From assembly GCA_030601675.1 (NCBI GenBank), contig JAUWBN010000005.1, forward strand, positions 848 through 64,847: a stretch of 64,000 bases of DNA. The letters run 5' to 3'. Position 1 is the first letter of the stretch; every line of letters starts with the position of its first letter. Below the pieces are notes generated by a model that ran no database searches, had not been told where the DNA came from, and worked only from the letters and a program-made list of their open reading frames with translations. Of the stretch, positions 54,694 to 63,044 are shown in pieces. This DNA is from Hadesarchaea archaeon (GTDB taxonomy: Archaea > Hadarchaeota > Hadarchaeia > Hadarchaeales > Hadarchaeaceae). The translations under genes and the position numbers were made by a program.

Positions 54694-55983
54694 TCAGGAC
54701 CTACTCGGTTTCCACTTTCTTTCCGTCATGGTGGTCTTCGTAATTACCATCGTGTTGGGTGAAACGTCCTTGTAAACGACCGCCCCAGGTCCAACCGCTG
54801 AATCCGGACCGATCTTCACGCCGACGTTTATCGTGCAGTTGATGCCGGTCTTGACGTTGTCGGCGATTATCGTGCCCAACTTTCGCCTGCCGCTGCTAAC
54901 CGCCTTGCCCCCGACCTCCATCTTGATGAGCTTCTCGTCTAGGCGCAGGTTCGCGATAGTCGTCCCCGCCCCGAGGTTGCAGTTGCTCCCGATGACGCTA
55001 TCACCCACGTACGAGAGGTGCCCGATGTTCGTGTGATCCATTACGATGCTGTTCTTTACCTCAACCGCGTTGCCTATCCTGACCTCGTCGCCTATGCTCG
55101 TGCACGGCCTTATGAAACAATTTGGCCCGATGTCGCAACCCCTGCCGATGTAGGTTGGCCCTAAAATATAAGAGCCCGAGCGGATGCGCGAGTCCTCACC
55201 AACGTAAACATTATCCTCGATATAGGCGCCCACCTCGACCTTTCCACGAATCTCGCCGCGCTGCCCCCGTGAGAAGTACTCGTTAGCCACCAACAGGTCC
55301 CAGGGCCTGCCAATATCAGCCCATAAATTGAGCGGAGAGGTATAGATCCCCTTTCCGCTGTTGATCAAAATTTGTATCGATGCCGTCAGCTCGTACTCCC
55401 CGCGCTTGGACCGCTTCGTTCGCTTGATCGCCCCGAAAATTGTGGGGTCGAAGATGTATATGCCCGCGTTCGCCAGCCTGCTCTTGATCCGCTTCGGCTT
55501 CTCAACTATCTCGCTGGCCTTTCCTCCCCTCAGAAAAACTATCCCGAACTGCTCCGGCTCCTCGACCTCGATCGTGGCCATGACGCCGCCGAAATTCTTG
55601 CCCGAGCCGACCACCTCGTAGCGCTTCAGGAGCGCGTTCAAGGACTCCTGATCGACGAGGGTGTCGCCGTTCATAACAAGAAATCGATCCTCACCGACGA
55701 AGTCCTCGGCGAGCGAGACGGCGTTCGCGGTGCCCAGCAACTTCTTTTGATGGAGATATCGCAGCTTTACGCCGAGCCCAGAACCGTCGCCGTAGCGCTC
55801 GACGATCTGCTCCCTCCCGTACCCCACGACCATCGCAATTTCGTCGATGCCCACATTCCGCAGGAGCAGGAGCACGTGGTCGAGGGCGGGCTTTCCAGCT
55901 ACCGGGAGCAGGAATTTCGGCTTCGTGAAAGTGAGCGGGCGCATTCGAGTCCCTAAACCCGCTGCTAGGACGACTGCCTTCAC
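54694..55983 (-). CDS. Bifunctional sugar-1-phosphate nucleotidylyltransferase / left-handed beta-helix acetyltransferase (archaeal GlmU-like)
   Basis: 'AVVLAAGLGTRMRPLTFTKPKFLLPV' plus C-terminal hexapeptide repeats, 429 aa. Confidence 0.85.
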   Translation of the reverse strand: MKAVVLAAGLGTRMRPLTFTKPKFLLPVAGKPALDHVLLLLRNVGIDEIAMVVGYGREQIVERYGDGSGLGVKLRYLHQKKLLGTANAVSLAEDFVGEDRFLVMNGDTLVDQESLNALLKRYEVVGSGKNFGGVMATIEVEEPEQFGIVFLRGGKASEIVEKPKRIKSRLANAGIYIFDPTIFGAIKRTKRSKRGEYELTASIQILINSGKGIYTSPLNLWADIGRPWDLLVANEYFSRGQRGEIRGKVEVGAYIEDNVYVGEDSRIRSGSYILGPTYIGRGCDIGPNCFIRPCTSIGDEVRIGNAVEVKNSIVMDHTNIGHLSYVGDSVIGSNCNLGAGTTIANLRLDEKLIKMEVGGKAVSSGRRKLGTIIADNVKTGINCTINVGVKIGPDSAVGPGAVVYKDVSPNTMVITKTTMTERKWKPSRS

Positions 55984-56100
55984 CTCTATCCCAAATTTAG
56001 TTGGGCGCTAGGTTAATAAAAAACATTCACACAGGTCCAGAGAGTTCCTGAAGCGCTTCGATGGGCCCGGGCTCGAATGGTATGAGTTCAAAATCAGGGA

Positions 56101-57471
56101 CTAACCGCGCATAGCCTTCTTCAGGATCCTTACCGTTTCACCTGTGATCTCCTTCGCCCGCGCCGGGGTCCTGCCCTCCGCAGTCACCCGGATGCAAGGC
56201 TCGGTCCCGGATGGTCTAACAAGGGCCCAGCTCCCATCCTTGAAAGAAAATCTGATGCCATCGATGGTCAGCACATCGCTAATTCCTCTGAACTCCCTCC
56301 TTAACCTCGCCTTGAATTTTTTCATCGTTGTCGCCTTTTTCTCATTTTGACATGCTACTTTCTTCCTCACAGTTGGGTGCGCCGGTAGTTCATCGAGTAA
56401 CTCGGAGAGCCACTTTCCAGTAGAGCTGAGTAATTCCAGGACCTTGGCTGCGGCAAGCGGTCCATCCGGCACAAGATGGACTTTCGGAAATATCCACGCA
56501 CCACACGGCTCCCCACCGAAAATCGCGCGCCGCTTTTTGATCTCCGCCGCTACGCTGACATCACCAACCTTCGTTCGCACCACCTTGCCTTTTTTTGCAC
56601 CAACGCACTCGTCGACAGTACCTGAGGCATCGACAGTAGTCACCACGATGTCGCCCTTTTCCCCCACTTGGTGCGCCGAGATCAACGCCAGCAGCTTGTC
56701 GGGCTGCGCAACCCTGCCCAGCTCGTCGACAGCGGCGGCCCGATCCGCATCGCCATCGTGCGCGATACCCAAATCGGCGCCGATCGACTTCACCACGCTG
56801 CAGAGCTCCCTTAAGTTCTCGGGTGAGGGCTCGAGCGGGCGGCCGGGGAAGAATCCGTCGAGCTGCGAGTTCAGGGTCACCACCTCGCAACCAAGCCTTC
56901 GGAGCAAGTAGGGTGTCACCACAGAACCAGCTCCATTGCCGCAGTCGACCACGACCTTGTAGCCCCGCTTCAGCTCGACCGCGCCCACCAGCTCGTCGAT
57001 GTAGCTCGGCAGGACATCAACCGTCCCGACCTTGCCTATTCGATCCCAGGCGGCGGGCTTCATCCGCTTGCCGAAGTAAATTCGCTCGATCTCAGCCTCC
57101 TGCTCGGGCATGTACGCCATCCCATCGGGGCCCCAGAACTTGATCCCGTTGTACTCGGGAGGGTTATGCGATGCCGTAATCATAACCCCAGCTTTTGCGT
57201 TGAGGCGGCGAACTGCAAAACTCACGACCGGCGTGGGGACGATGCCGAGGCGCTTGATGTCGCAGCCCCCTGAGAGCAGGCCCGAGGTTAGGCAGCTCTC
57301 GAGCATGTCACTTGAGGTTCGAGGGTCCTTGCCGAGGACGACGCTGCCCTCGCCGCCCAGATGGGTCGCAAGGGCCAAGCCGAGGTCAAGCGCGAGCTCC
57401 GGGGTTAGCTGCTCCCCCACCACGCCTCGAACGCCCGAGGTACCGAAGAGCTTGCCCATTAAAATCGCCAA
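56101..57471 (-). CDS. glmM: Phosphoglucosamine mutase / phosphohexomutase
   Basis: 'FGTSGVRG', active site 'TASHNPPEYNGIKF', 'DGDADR'. Confidence 0.88.
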   Translation of the reverse strand: MAILMGKLFGTSGVRGVVGEQLTPELALDLGLALATHLGGEGSVVLGKDPRTSSDMLESCLTSGLLSGGCDIKRLGIVPTPVVSFAVRRLNAKAGVMITASHNPPEYNGIKFWGPDGMAYMPEQEAEIERIYFGKRMKPAAWDRIGKVGTVDVLPSYIDELVGAVELKRGYKVVVDCGNGAGSVVTPYLLRRLGCEVVTLNSQLDGFFPGRPLEPSPENLRELCSVVKSIGADLGIAHDGDADRAAAVDELGRVAQPDKLLALISAHQVGEKGDIVVTTVDASGTVDECVGAKKGKVVRTKVGDVSVAAEIKKRRAIFGGEPCGAWIFPKVHLVPDGPLAAAKVLELLSSTGKWLSELLDELPAHPTVRKKVACQNEKKATTMKKFKARLRREFRGISDVLTIDGIRFSFKDGSWALVRPSGTEPCIRVTAEGRTPARAKEITGETVRILKKAMRG

Positions 57472-58059
57472 CTACGCGGGCCCGGCCAGCACCTTAGTCT
57501 TCCAGACCTCGACCCGCTTCACCGGGCAGTAGCGCTTGGCAGCCTTGTAGATGTCCGCCGCGAGCTTCCCAAGCACGACCTCCTGCACGAACTGGTCGAA
57601 CGTTCGCTCCCGGGCGCGGGCCTCGATGACCTCCCGCATGTCCCTGCGGATCGCCTCGAGCTGCGAGCTCTGGACGCGGCGGAGCGTTGTAACGATCGAA
57701 CTAACCCTAAGCTTGTGGCCGTCCTGAGTCACCACGGTCGAGATGCCGCCGATGCGCGTCGCCCGCCGTCGGATCTGGCTCCGGATGTAATCGCGAGCCA
57801 TGTCGTGACCTATGAAGCTGGTGAGAGCGCGACCCTCCTCGACGCCCTTCACCTGGAAGTATAGCTTGATGTGAGACTTCGAGAAGTCCTCGATCAGGTC
57901 GCCCAGCGTGGTCTCGAACACCCGTCCGGGGAGCTGGCTCGGGTCGGAGGCGAGGGTCTCACCTATCTTGGCACTCCCGAACATGGGCGGGGCGATGATG
58001 TCGTGCCACCCCTTCTCCCGCCAGGACTTCTTCACGGCCCGCTTCTTCTCCTCGGCCAT
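57472..58059 (-). CDS. rps3ae: 30S ribosomal protein S3Ae (eS1)
   Basis: 'KKSWREKGWHDIIAPPMFG'. The ATG at 58059 lies 1 nt after the serS stop. The ORF-track start at 58143 is rejected. Confidence 0.9.
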   Translation of the reverse strand: MAEEKKRAVKKSWREKGWHDIIAPPMFGSAKIGETLASDPSQLPGRVFETTLGDLIEDFSKSHIKLYFQVKGVEEGRALTSFIGHDMARDYIRSQIRRRATRIGGISTVVTQDGHKLRVSSIVTTLRRVQSSQLEAIRRDMREVIEARARERTFDQFVQEVVLGKLAADIYKAAKRYCPVKRVEVWKTKVLAGPA

Positions 58060-58060
58060 C

Positions 58061-59581
58061 TTACTCGACCACCCTTGGGACCTGCGGCAGAGGCTCGACC
58101 CGCTCTCGCACGAGCTCCGGCCACCGCGAGGGCTCGAACCCATGCTGCGCGAGGAAGCCCGCCACCCATCGCGTGGTCCCGAAGCCGCAGCAACCCGTCC
58201 AGAGCTCTCGCCCCCTAGCCTCCTTTATCTTAAAAGTTTCAACGAACTTCGCGCGGTGCACGTTGTAGGACCCGAGCTCAAGCCATTCCCGCTTGTAGGG
58301 CAACGCCACCTCGAGGTCGTAAGTCGCCACCTTGCTCGAGTCGCTCACCTCGGCCTCGATGCCGCCCTCCCGCATGTAGAAGGGTGTCGCCACCAAGAGC
58401 TGCCACTCGAAACCCAGCTCCTCCAAGAGCTCCACGCTTTTGTCAAGGACTTCATCTCGGATCTTGACGGCCTCGCCCGGCCCGCCGAGGAAGACGAACT
58501 CGATCCGCCTGAACTCCTGGGTGCGCACGAAGCCCTCGACACCCCCACCCTCCCATCGGTAGGTCCAGCCGCTGCGGTCGAAGAGCTTGGCCGGCAGGTC
58601 CTCGAGTCGGACGCGGCGTCGACTGAAAATCTCGTAGAAGGGCTCGCACTGCGCGGGGGCGAGCACGTAGGCGGGCGCTTTCAGGGCTTTATCGAGTTCC
58701 CCCACGGCCACCCGCTTCGTCAGCTTCAGCTTTTGCTTGAAACCCGTGAATTCCTCGGGCTCCCGTGGCGGGGGGCAGACGTAGTACATTCCCTCGGGCA
58801 CCCCATCGAGGTAACCAGGCATCCGTTGCATGACCTCCAGCGGGATGAGCTTCGGAAACATCGCCTCCTCGAAACCCAGGGGCACGGCGACCCGCTCGAT
58901 GATGAGGTCCTCGAGGGCCCGGAGCAGCTTGGCGTAAGGGGCACCGTAGATCCACTGTCCGCGCGCCGGGAACTCGTTTATCCAGCCCAGCCGCTTCGAC
59001 ACCTCGAAGGGATCCTCCCTGAAGGGGTGCTCGACGGGCTTTCCCTTTTTGACCACTTTGGGTGCAACTGCCCGGGCTGGTGCGCGAGCGAGGATGTCTT
59101 CCGCCATCGAGACCAGCCTGTCCACGACGCGCCCACGGAGGTCCGCCTCGCTCAAATCATGCAAAATTAGACTCACGGCTTGCCTCTCGGCCTTGATCTT
59201 ACACGGCAATTTCTTCAGCTCCCGCATCGCTTCCTCGGGGATCTCCTCCGTTGGTAAGGTGATACGGTACTCCATCACTTCAATCTTCCGAATGCCCAGC
59301 TTGTGCTTTTTCCCTAGCTCGGTGCCCAAGAGCTTAGCGAGTCTGAGTAAAGCATCATGAGCACGAACATAACGCCCCGACTCGATCTCGACCCTCAGTT
59401 CCCTGCCAACGATGCTCCACTTCGTGACCCTAGCTACCTCGGCCTCCTTACCCCGAGGAGCGCCCTTTGACAGGAGCGGGGCTGCCTTTGCCATCGTCGC
59501 TTCCACGGTGGCCTCCGCTGGCTTGAGTTTACGGCTGAACGTGCATTTCGCCTTGAGTTCAAATCGCAACCTATCGCCCAT
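58061..59581 (-). CDS. serS: Seryl-tRNA synthetase, atypical methanogen type
   Basis: 'GWINEFPARGQWIY', 'FPKLIPLEVMQRM', 'GMYYVCPPPREPEEF', 'YVLAPAQCEPFYE', 'SGWTYRWEGGG', 'TGCCGFGTTRWVAGFLAQHGFEP' parallel Methanosarcina barkeri type-2 SerRS as remembered. Confidence 0.85.
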   Translation of the reverse strand: MGDRLRFELKAKCTFSRKLKPAEATVEATMAKAAPLLSKGAPRGKEAEVARVTKWSIVGRELRVEIESGRYVRAHDALLRLAKLLGTELGKKHKLGIRKIEVMEYRITLPTEEIPEEAMRELKKLPCKIKAERQAVSLILHDLSEADLRGRVVDRLVSMAEDILARAPARAVAPKVVKKGKPVEHPFREDPFEVSKRLGWINEFPARGQWIYGAPYAKLLRALEDLIIERVAVPLGFEEAMFPKLIPLEVMQRMPGYLDGVPEGMYYVCPPPREPEEFTGFKQKLKLTKRVAVGELDKALKAPAYVLAPAQCEPFYEIFSRRRVRLEDLPAKLFDRSGWTYRWEGGGVEGFVRTQEFRRIEFVFLGGPGEAVKIRDEVLDKSVELLEELGFEWQLLVATPFYMREGGIEAEVSDSSKVATYDLEVALPYKREWLELGSYNVHRAKFVETFKIKEARGRELWTGCCGFGTTRWVAGFLAQHGFEPSRWPELVRERVEPLPQVPRVVE

Positions 59582-59618
59582 TCCTCATAAATCTCCGGGC
59601 CTATGAAAAGCTTCCGTC

Positions 59619-59852
59619 CTAAAGCATGTCCTCGGCAGTCGAGGTGCACGCCAGCAAGTCATCAAGCGTCGCCAAAAGCGTTTCAATTCTACCATCCAAC
59701 TCCACTGAGGTAACGGTGCACCTGTTACCCACCCTCGTCCTCACCCGAACCCCTTTTGGGGCCTGAAGGTTGTCCGGTTGGAGCGCTGCGGCAATCGCTT
59801 CGGCAGCTTCTCGCTTTTTGTAACCACACACAACCTTTGCCCGCATCTTCAC
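59619..59852 (-). CDS. Pcc1-family paralogue (Pcc2-like KEOPS-related small protein)
   Basis: 'REAAEAIAAALQPDN...IETLLATLDDLLACTSTAEDM' aligns by eye with the Pcc1 at 44521-44754 ('REAEAVQRALKPEE...TAALRAALNSFLRWAIVARDM'). Confidence 0.55.
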   Translation of the reverse strand: MKMRAKVVCGYKKREAAEAIAAALQPDNLQAPKGVRVRTRVGNRCTVTSVELDGRIETLLATLDDLLACTSTAEDML

Positions 59853-59861
59853 GGTGGACCC

Positions 59862-61118
59862 TCAAAATGTGCCTTGCTTTACGGTGCCGATTTCCTCGCC
59901 GTCCGGCTTTATCCGCATCGAGCCGAACTGCACGGCAGCGACCTCGCCCGCATTTTTGACGGGCGTGAGCACCGCCATCTGACCCCGCTCGTAGTCTATT
60001 CGCTCGATTATCCCTATACCCAGTAGCTCATTTGCATCGTTCGTCAATCCCACGATCACGTTTCGCTCGCTGCCCTGGGTTATAGTCCTCACGTGCCCGA
60101 ACCTCGCCTCGAGCTCCCGAATCGCATTCTCATCCATCTTCCTTTTCGTGACGACCAAGACCCCCTCGGGCATCTGCTCCGCGTGGAGGACCTGCGCCTG
60201 CGCCCCGAGCGTCCCAACATCGACGGGCCTGCCGGTGTGGAGGTAGCAGCGTTTGAGTCTTGCCTTCTGCAAGTCTAGGAGAAGCTTGCCAGCATCCTCA
60301 AAGTACTTCCCGAGGAACATCGCCCGCAGCGACGCGCGTTCTGCGGAGGAGCGGGATCTGACCTTTGCCGAAACCGGTAGCCGCCTTACCCTCGCCGGAG
60401 GAACGCTCGACAGCAAATGCTCGAGCTCCTCCTCGCGCTGGAGGGCAACCACGATATCTGGATCAACCGTCTCCAAGGTGTAAAGCTGAAGGGACCGCCC
60501 GGGGCCGCCGAAAATCCAGCCGGGGGTGTTCACGATCGCCATGTCCGCCTTCTTCAACCCGTGCTCGACCAACCACTTCACCCCCACGACGAACTCGAGC
60601 ATGTGCTCTGAGGGAGACATCGAGCCCACAAAGTAAGCGCTCGAGAGCGGGACCTCGTAAAGCAAGGCGACAGGTCGCTCGAAAATCCCCAACCCCATCG
60701 TCGTCGGGGGGCCGATATCAGATTGCCCCACGTCGCTGTCGATCGCCCCCGCCCGGAGCCCGTGCCTAAGCATGGTGTTTGCCAGGTAGGTTGTGAAGAA
60801 GCTCTTGCCGACATCGACGTTTCCCATCACCAGTATCACCTTGGGCCTTCGCTGGATGATCTCTGAAATGAGCGCGTCCCATTCGCGGGGGATAGTCCGC
60901 TCCGATAGCTGCTCGACCTTCCCGTCCTGCCCAAGCGTGTACGTGACGAGCGCGTCCTCCTCGACCTCAAGGGGCACCGACTTCGCGCGAGGGATGACGA
61001 CCTTGCTCCCCTTCCCATGCAGGCCACCGCTTATCAGCACCTCACCCCCTTTCACTTCGAGGCTGAGCTGCCCCTCGAGCATCGCCACATCGCCGTGTTT
61101 GAGTTTGAGCTCGGGCAA
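59862..61118 (-). CDS. Clp1/Grc3-type polynucleotide 5'-hydroxyl kinase
   Basis: P-loop 'VMGNVDVGKSFFTTYLAN', 'IDSDVGQSDIGPP', 'VNTPGW', 418 aa. Confidence 0.8.
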   Translation of the reverse strand: MPELKLKHGDVAMLEGQLSLEVKGGEVLISGGLHGKGSKVVIPRAKSVPLEVEEDALVTYTLGQDGKVEQLSERTIPREWDALISEIIQRRPKVILVMGNVDVGKSFFTTYLANTMLRHGLRAGAIDSDVGQSDIGPPTTMGLGIFERPVALLYEVPLSSAYFVGSMSPSEHMLEFVVGVKWLVEHGLKKADMAIVNTPGWIFGGPGRSLQLYTLETVDPDIVVALQREEELEHLLSSVPPARVRRLPVSAKVRSRSSAERASLRAMFLGKYFEDAGKLLLDLQKARLKRCYLHTGRPVDVGTLGAQAQVLHAEQMPEGVLVVTKRKMDENAIRELEARFGHVRTITQGSERNVIVGLTNDANELLGIGIIERIDYERGQMAVLTPVKNAGEVAAVQFGSMRIKPDGEEIGTVKQGTF

Positions 61119-61127
61119 GCGGACACC

Positions 61128-61565
61128 TCACTCTTCTTCGAAATTCAAGGTCGGCCATTCCTTCTCGAGCACGACGCGCGTGACGAGCTTTGCCTCCTGC
61201 ACGTCTCCTCTTCGCACCGAAACCTTCTCGGCCGGGCGACTGATATCCAATTGCTTGCACTCGGCGAGCTTTATCTCGGTCGGACTTATCTCCGCTACCT
61301 TGCCCGACACCATGCGCCCATCCTTCAAGACGAGCACCGTTTCCTCACCCTCCTTCAGCTTATCCATCTCGATCGGTTGGACGACTTTCGGCAACAGCAT
61401 GGTGATGATTCCGGGATAAATCGGGATTTTTTTGTAGAGGGTCCTCAGCTCCGAGAGAATGGCCTCACGCGCGTTCGGGTCGCCGCGGTAACGCTCGGAG
61501 AGCTCGATTATTATCTCCACCAGCCTCTGATATTCGCTCTGCTCCAGTGTCATTTTGTCCCTCAA
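61128..61565 (-). CDS. Hypothetical protein, C-terminal half possibly Sm/OB-like
   Basis: 145-aa ORF, 9 nt upstream of the Clp1-like gene. 'VLVLKDGRMVSGKVAEISPTEIKL' is weakly Sm-like. Confidence 0.5.
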   Translation of the reverse strand: MRDKMTLEQSEYQRLVEIIIELSERYRGDPNAREAILSELRTLYKKIPIYPGIITMLLPKVVQPIEMDKLKEGEETVLVLKDGRMVSGKVAEISPTEIKLAECKQLDISRPAEKVSVRRGDVQEAKLVTRVVLEKEWPTLNFEEE

Positions 61566-61643
61566 ATCATCTTTTACCCGGGCTCTTAAAACTTGGTCGA
61601 TTGGTGAAGAAATTAAGTTTAGTTACAATACTGATGCCAACGT

Positions 61644-63044
61644 TCAAAAATTGCGGCCCAGCCCAAGGGATTTCGCCCTTTCGGCATCCTCTTGCGTCAC
61701 CTCGCCGCTTTCGAGCGCCTTCGCCAGCCTGCCCATCTCTTGCACGAGCGCCAACAGCTCATGCATCACCGCGTACATCGGCACGGGCTTGTCGACAATG
61801 CACTCGGCAGCGCGGTCGTGCCCCCCGCCCCCGATGCCCTCCCGCTCGGGGTAGAGCTCCTGCAGATGACCCGCCAGTTGGGAGCACATCGCACCACAGT
61901 CGAGCGCCCCGCCGCCCCCGCGCATCGAAATGTGGACCCCTCGTTCCTTTGGACAGAAGATGATCATTATCACGTGGGAGTGGTCACCCGCCAGCTTCAG
62001 CCCGTCCAAGCGCGTTGAGGCGACAAAGGGGAGAATGGCCGGGAACTGCGCTACCCGCATCGCCGGCGCCTCCTCGGCGAACAGCATATAGATTCCCACG
62101 CCACGAACCTCATCCAAAAACACCGTATTTTCAGCTCTCTTGCTGAGCAGCTTCCAATCCGACTTGTATTGTTCGAACACGCGGGATAACATTTGGCCCT
62201 TCTGCATGCGCCCCAGCACATCCGCGATCGTGCGAAATTCGGCCGGCCGATCCCCCCGCTTCGCGACCTCGAGCAGAAAATCGAAGACGAGTTCTGGACC
62301 GTACGATATATCGATGCCCAAGGTTTGGTTGTAGAGGTGCGCCAAACAGCCCGCGTGCAACACTTCCCCGATTTGGTTTATGAGCACGGTGCGATCACTC
62401 CCGACCAGATCGAACATCGTCGGGTGCTCCAGCCTAATCTCGAACGCGCGCGCGAACTTCTCCCTCGCTCGTTCGATGAACGGCCTAACGAATTCCACGG
62501 AGGTCTTTTGCACGGGGTCAAACGTGAAATCTCCCCGACAGCCGATGAGCGCGGCGAAGTCATCGTAATCGTCAGTCGGGCCAAGCTTGGTGGCGAGCAT
62601 ATGACAGACCAAGGACGCGGCGGCGGGCACCGAACGATCGGCCGATGGATTGACCACGGTGCATCGCTTGGGCCTGCCATCGGGTGGGTGATGGTCGATG
62701 ATCAAAACTCGCTCGATGTACTTCAGAAAATCATCGTAGTATCCAAACATCCCCTTGTCCGTGAGCAAAAGTAAATCGAAGCTGCCCTCGCCCTCCAAAG
62801 TTTCCCCGAGTGCCTCCTCCCACAACTTGAAGTACGGGGGGAGTTTTGTCACGACTTCCGCGTCCAGATAACGCTCGAGCAGCCGTCGGACGATGAAGGC
62901 GCTTGTGATGCCATCGAGGTCGTGATGCGAGAAATTGAGCACGCGGGGGCGCTTGAGCTCGTTCAGCTTCTCGAGCAGCCCCACGGCACTCGCGAAGCCA
63001 GGATCCGTCTCGAAGAGCCGCTGGACCTGCTCCTCGTAGCTCAT
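61644..63044 (-). CDS. DHH/DHHA1 family phosphoesterase (archaeal RecJ/Cdc45-like)
   Basis: 'FSHHDLDGITSAF', 'LIIDHHPP', 'GGGGHDRAAEC', 466 aa. Confidence 0.8.
   Translation of the reverse strand: MSYEEQVQRLFETDPGFASAVGLLEKLNELKRPRVLNFSHHDLDGITSAFIVRRLLERYLDAEVVTKLPPYFKLWEEALGETLEGEGSFDLLLLTDKGMFGYYDDFLKYIERVLIIDHHPPDGRPKRCTVVNPSADRSVPAAASLVCHMLATKLGPTDDYDDFAALIGCRGDFTFDPVQKTSVEFVRPFIERAREKFARAFEIRLEHPTMFDLVGSDRTVLINQIGEVLHAGCLAHLYNQTLGIDISYGPELVFDFLLEVAKRGDRPAEFRTIADVLGRMQKGQMLSRVFEQYKSDWKLLSKRAENTVFLDEVRGVGIYMLFAEEAPAMRVAQFPAILPFVASTRLDGLKLAGDHSHVIMIIFCPKERGVHISMRGGGGALDCGAMCSQLAGHLQELYPEREGIGGGGHDRAAECIVDKPVPMYAVMHELLALVQEMGRLAKALESGEVTQEDAERAKSLGLGRNF

Noticed and set aside
57908-59170. 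420-aa plus-strand ORF opposite S3Ae and SerRS
   Set aside because: It lies antisense to strongly supported genes. Its composition is an artefact of high G+C, and no family resemblance was found.
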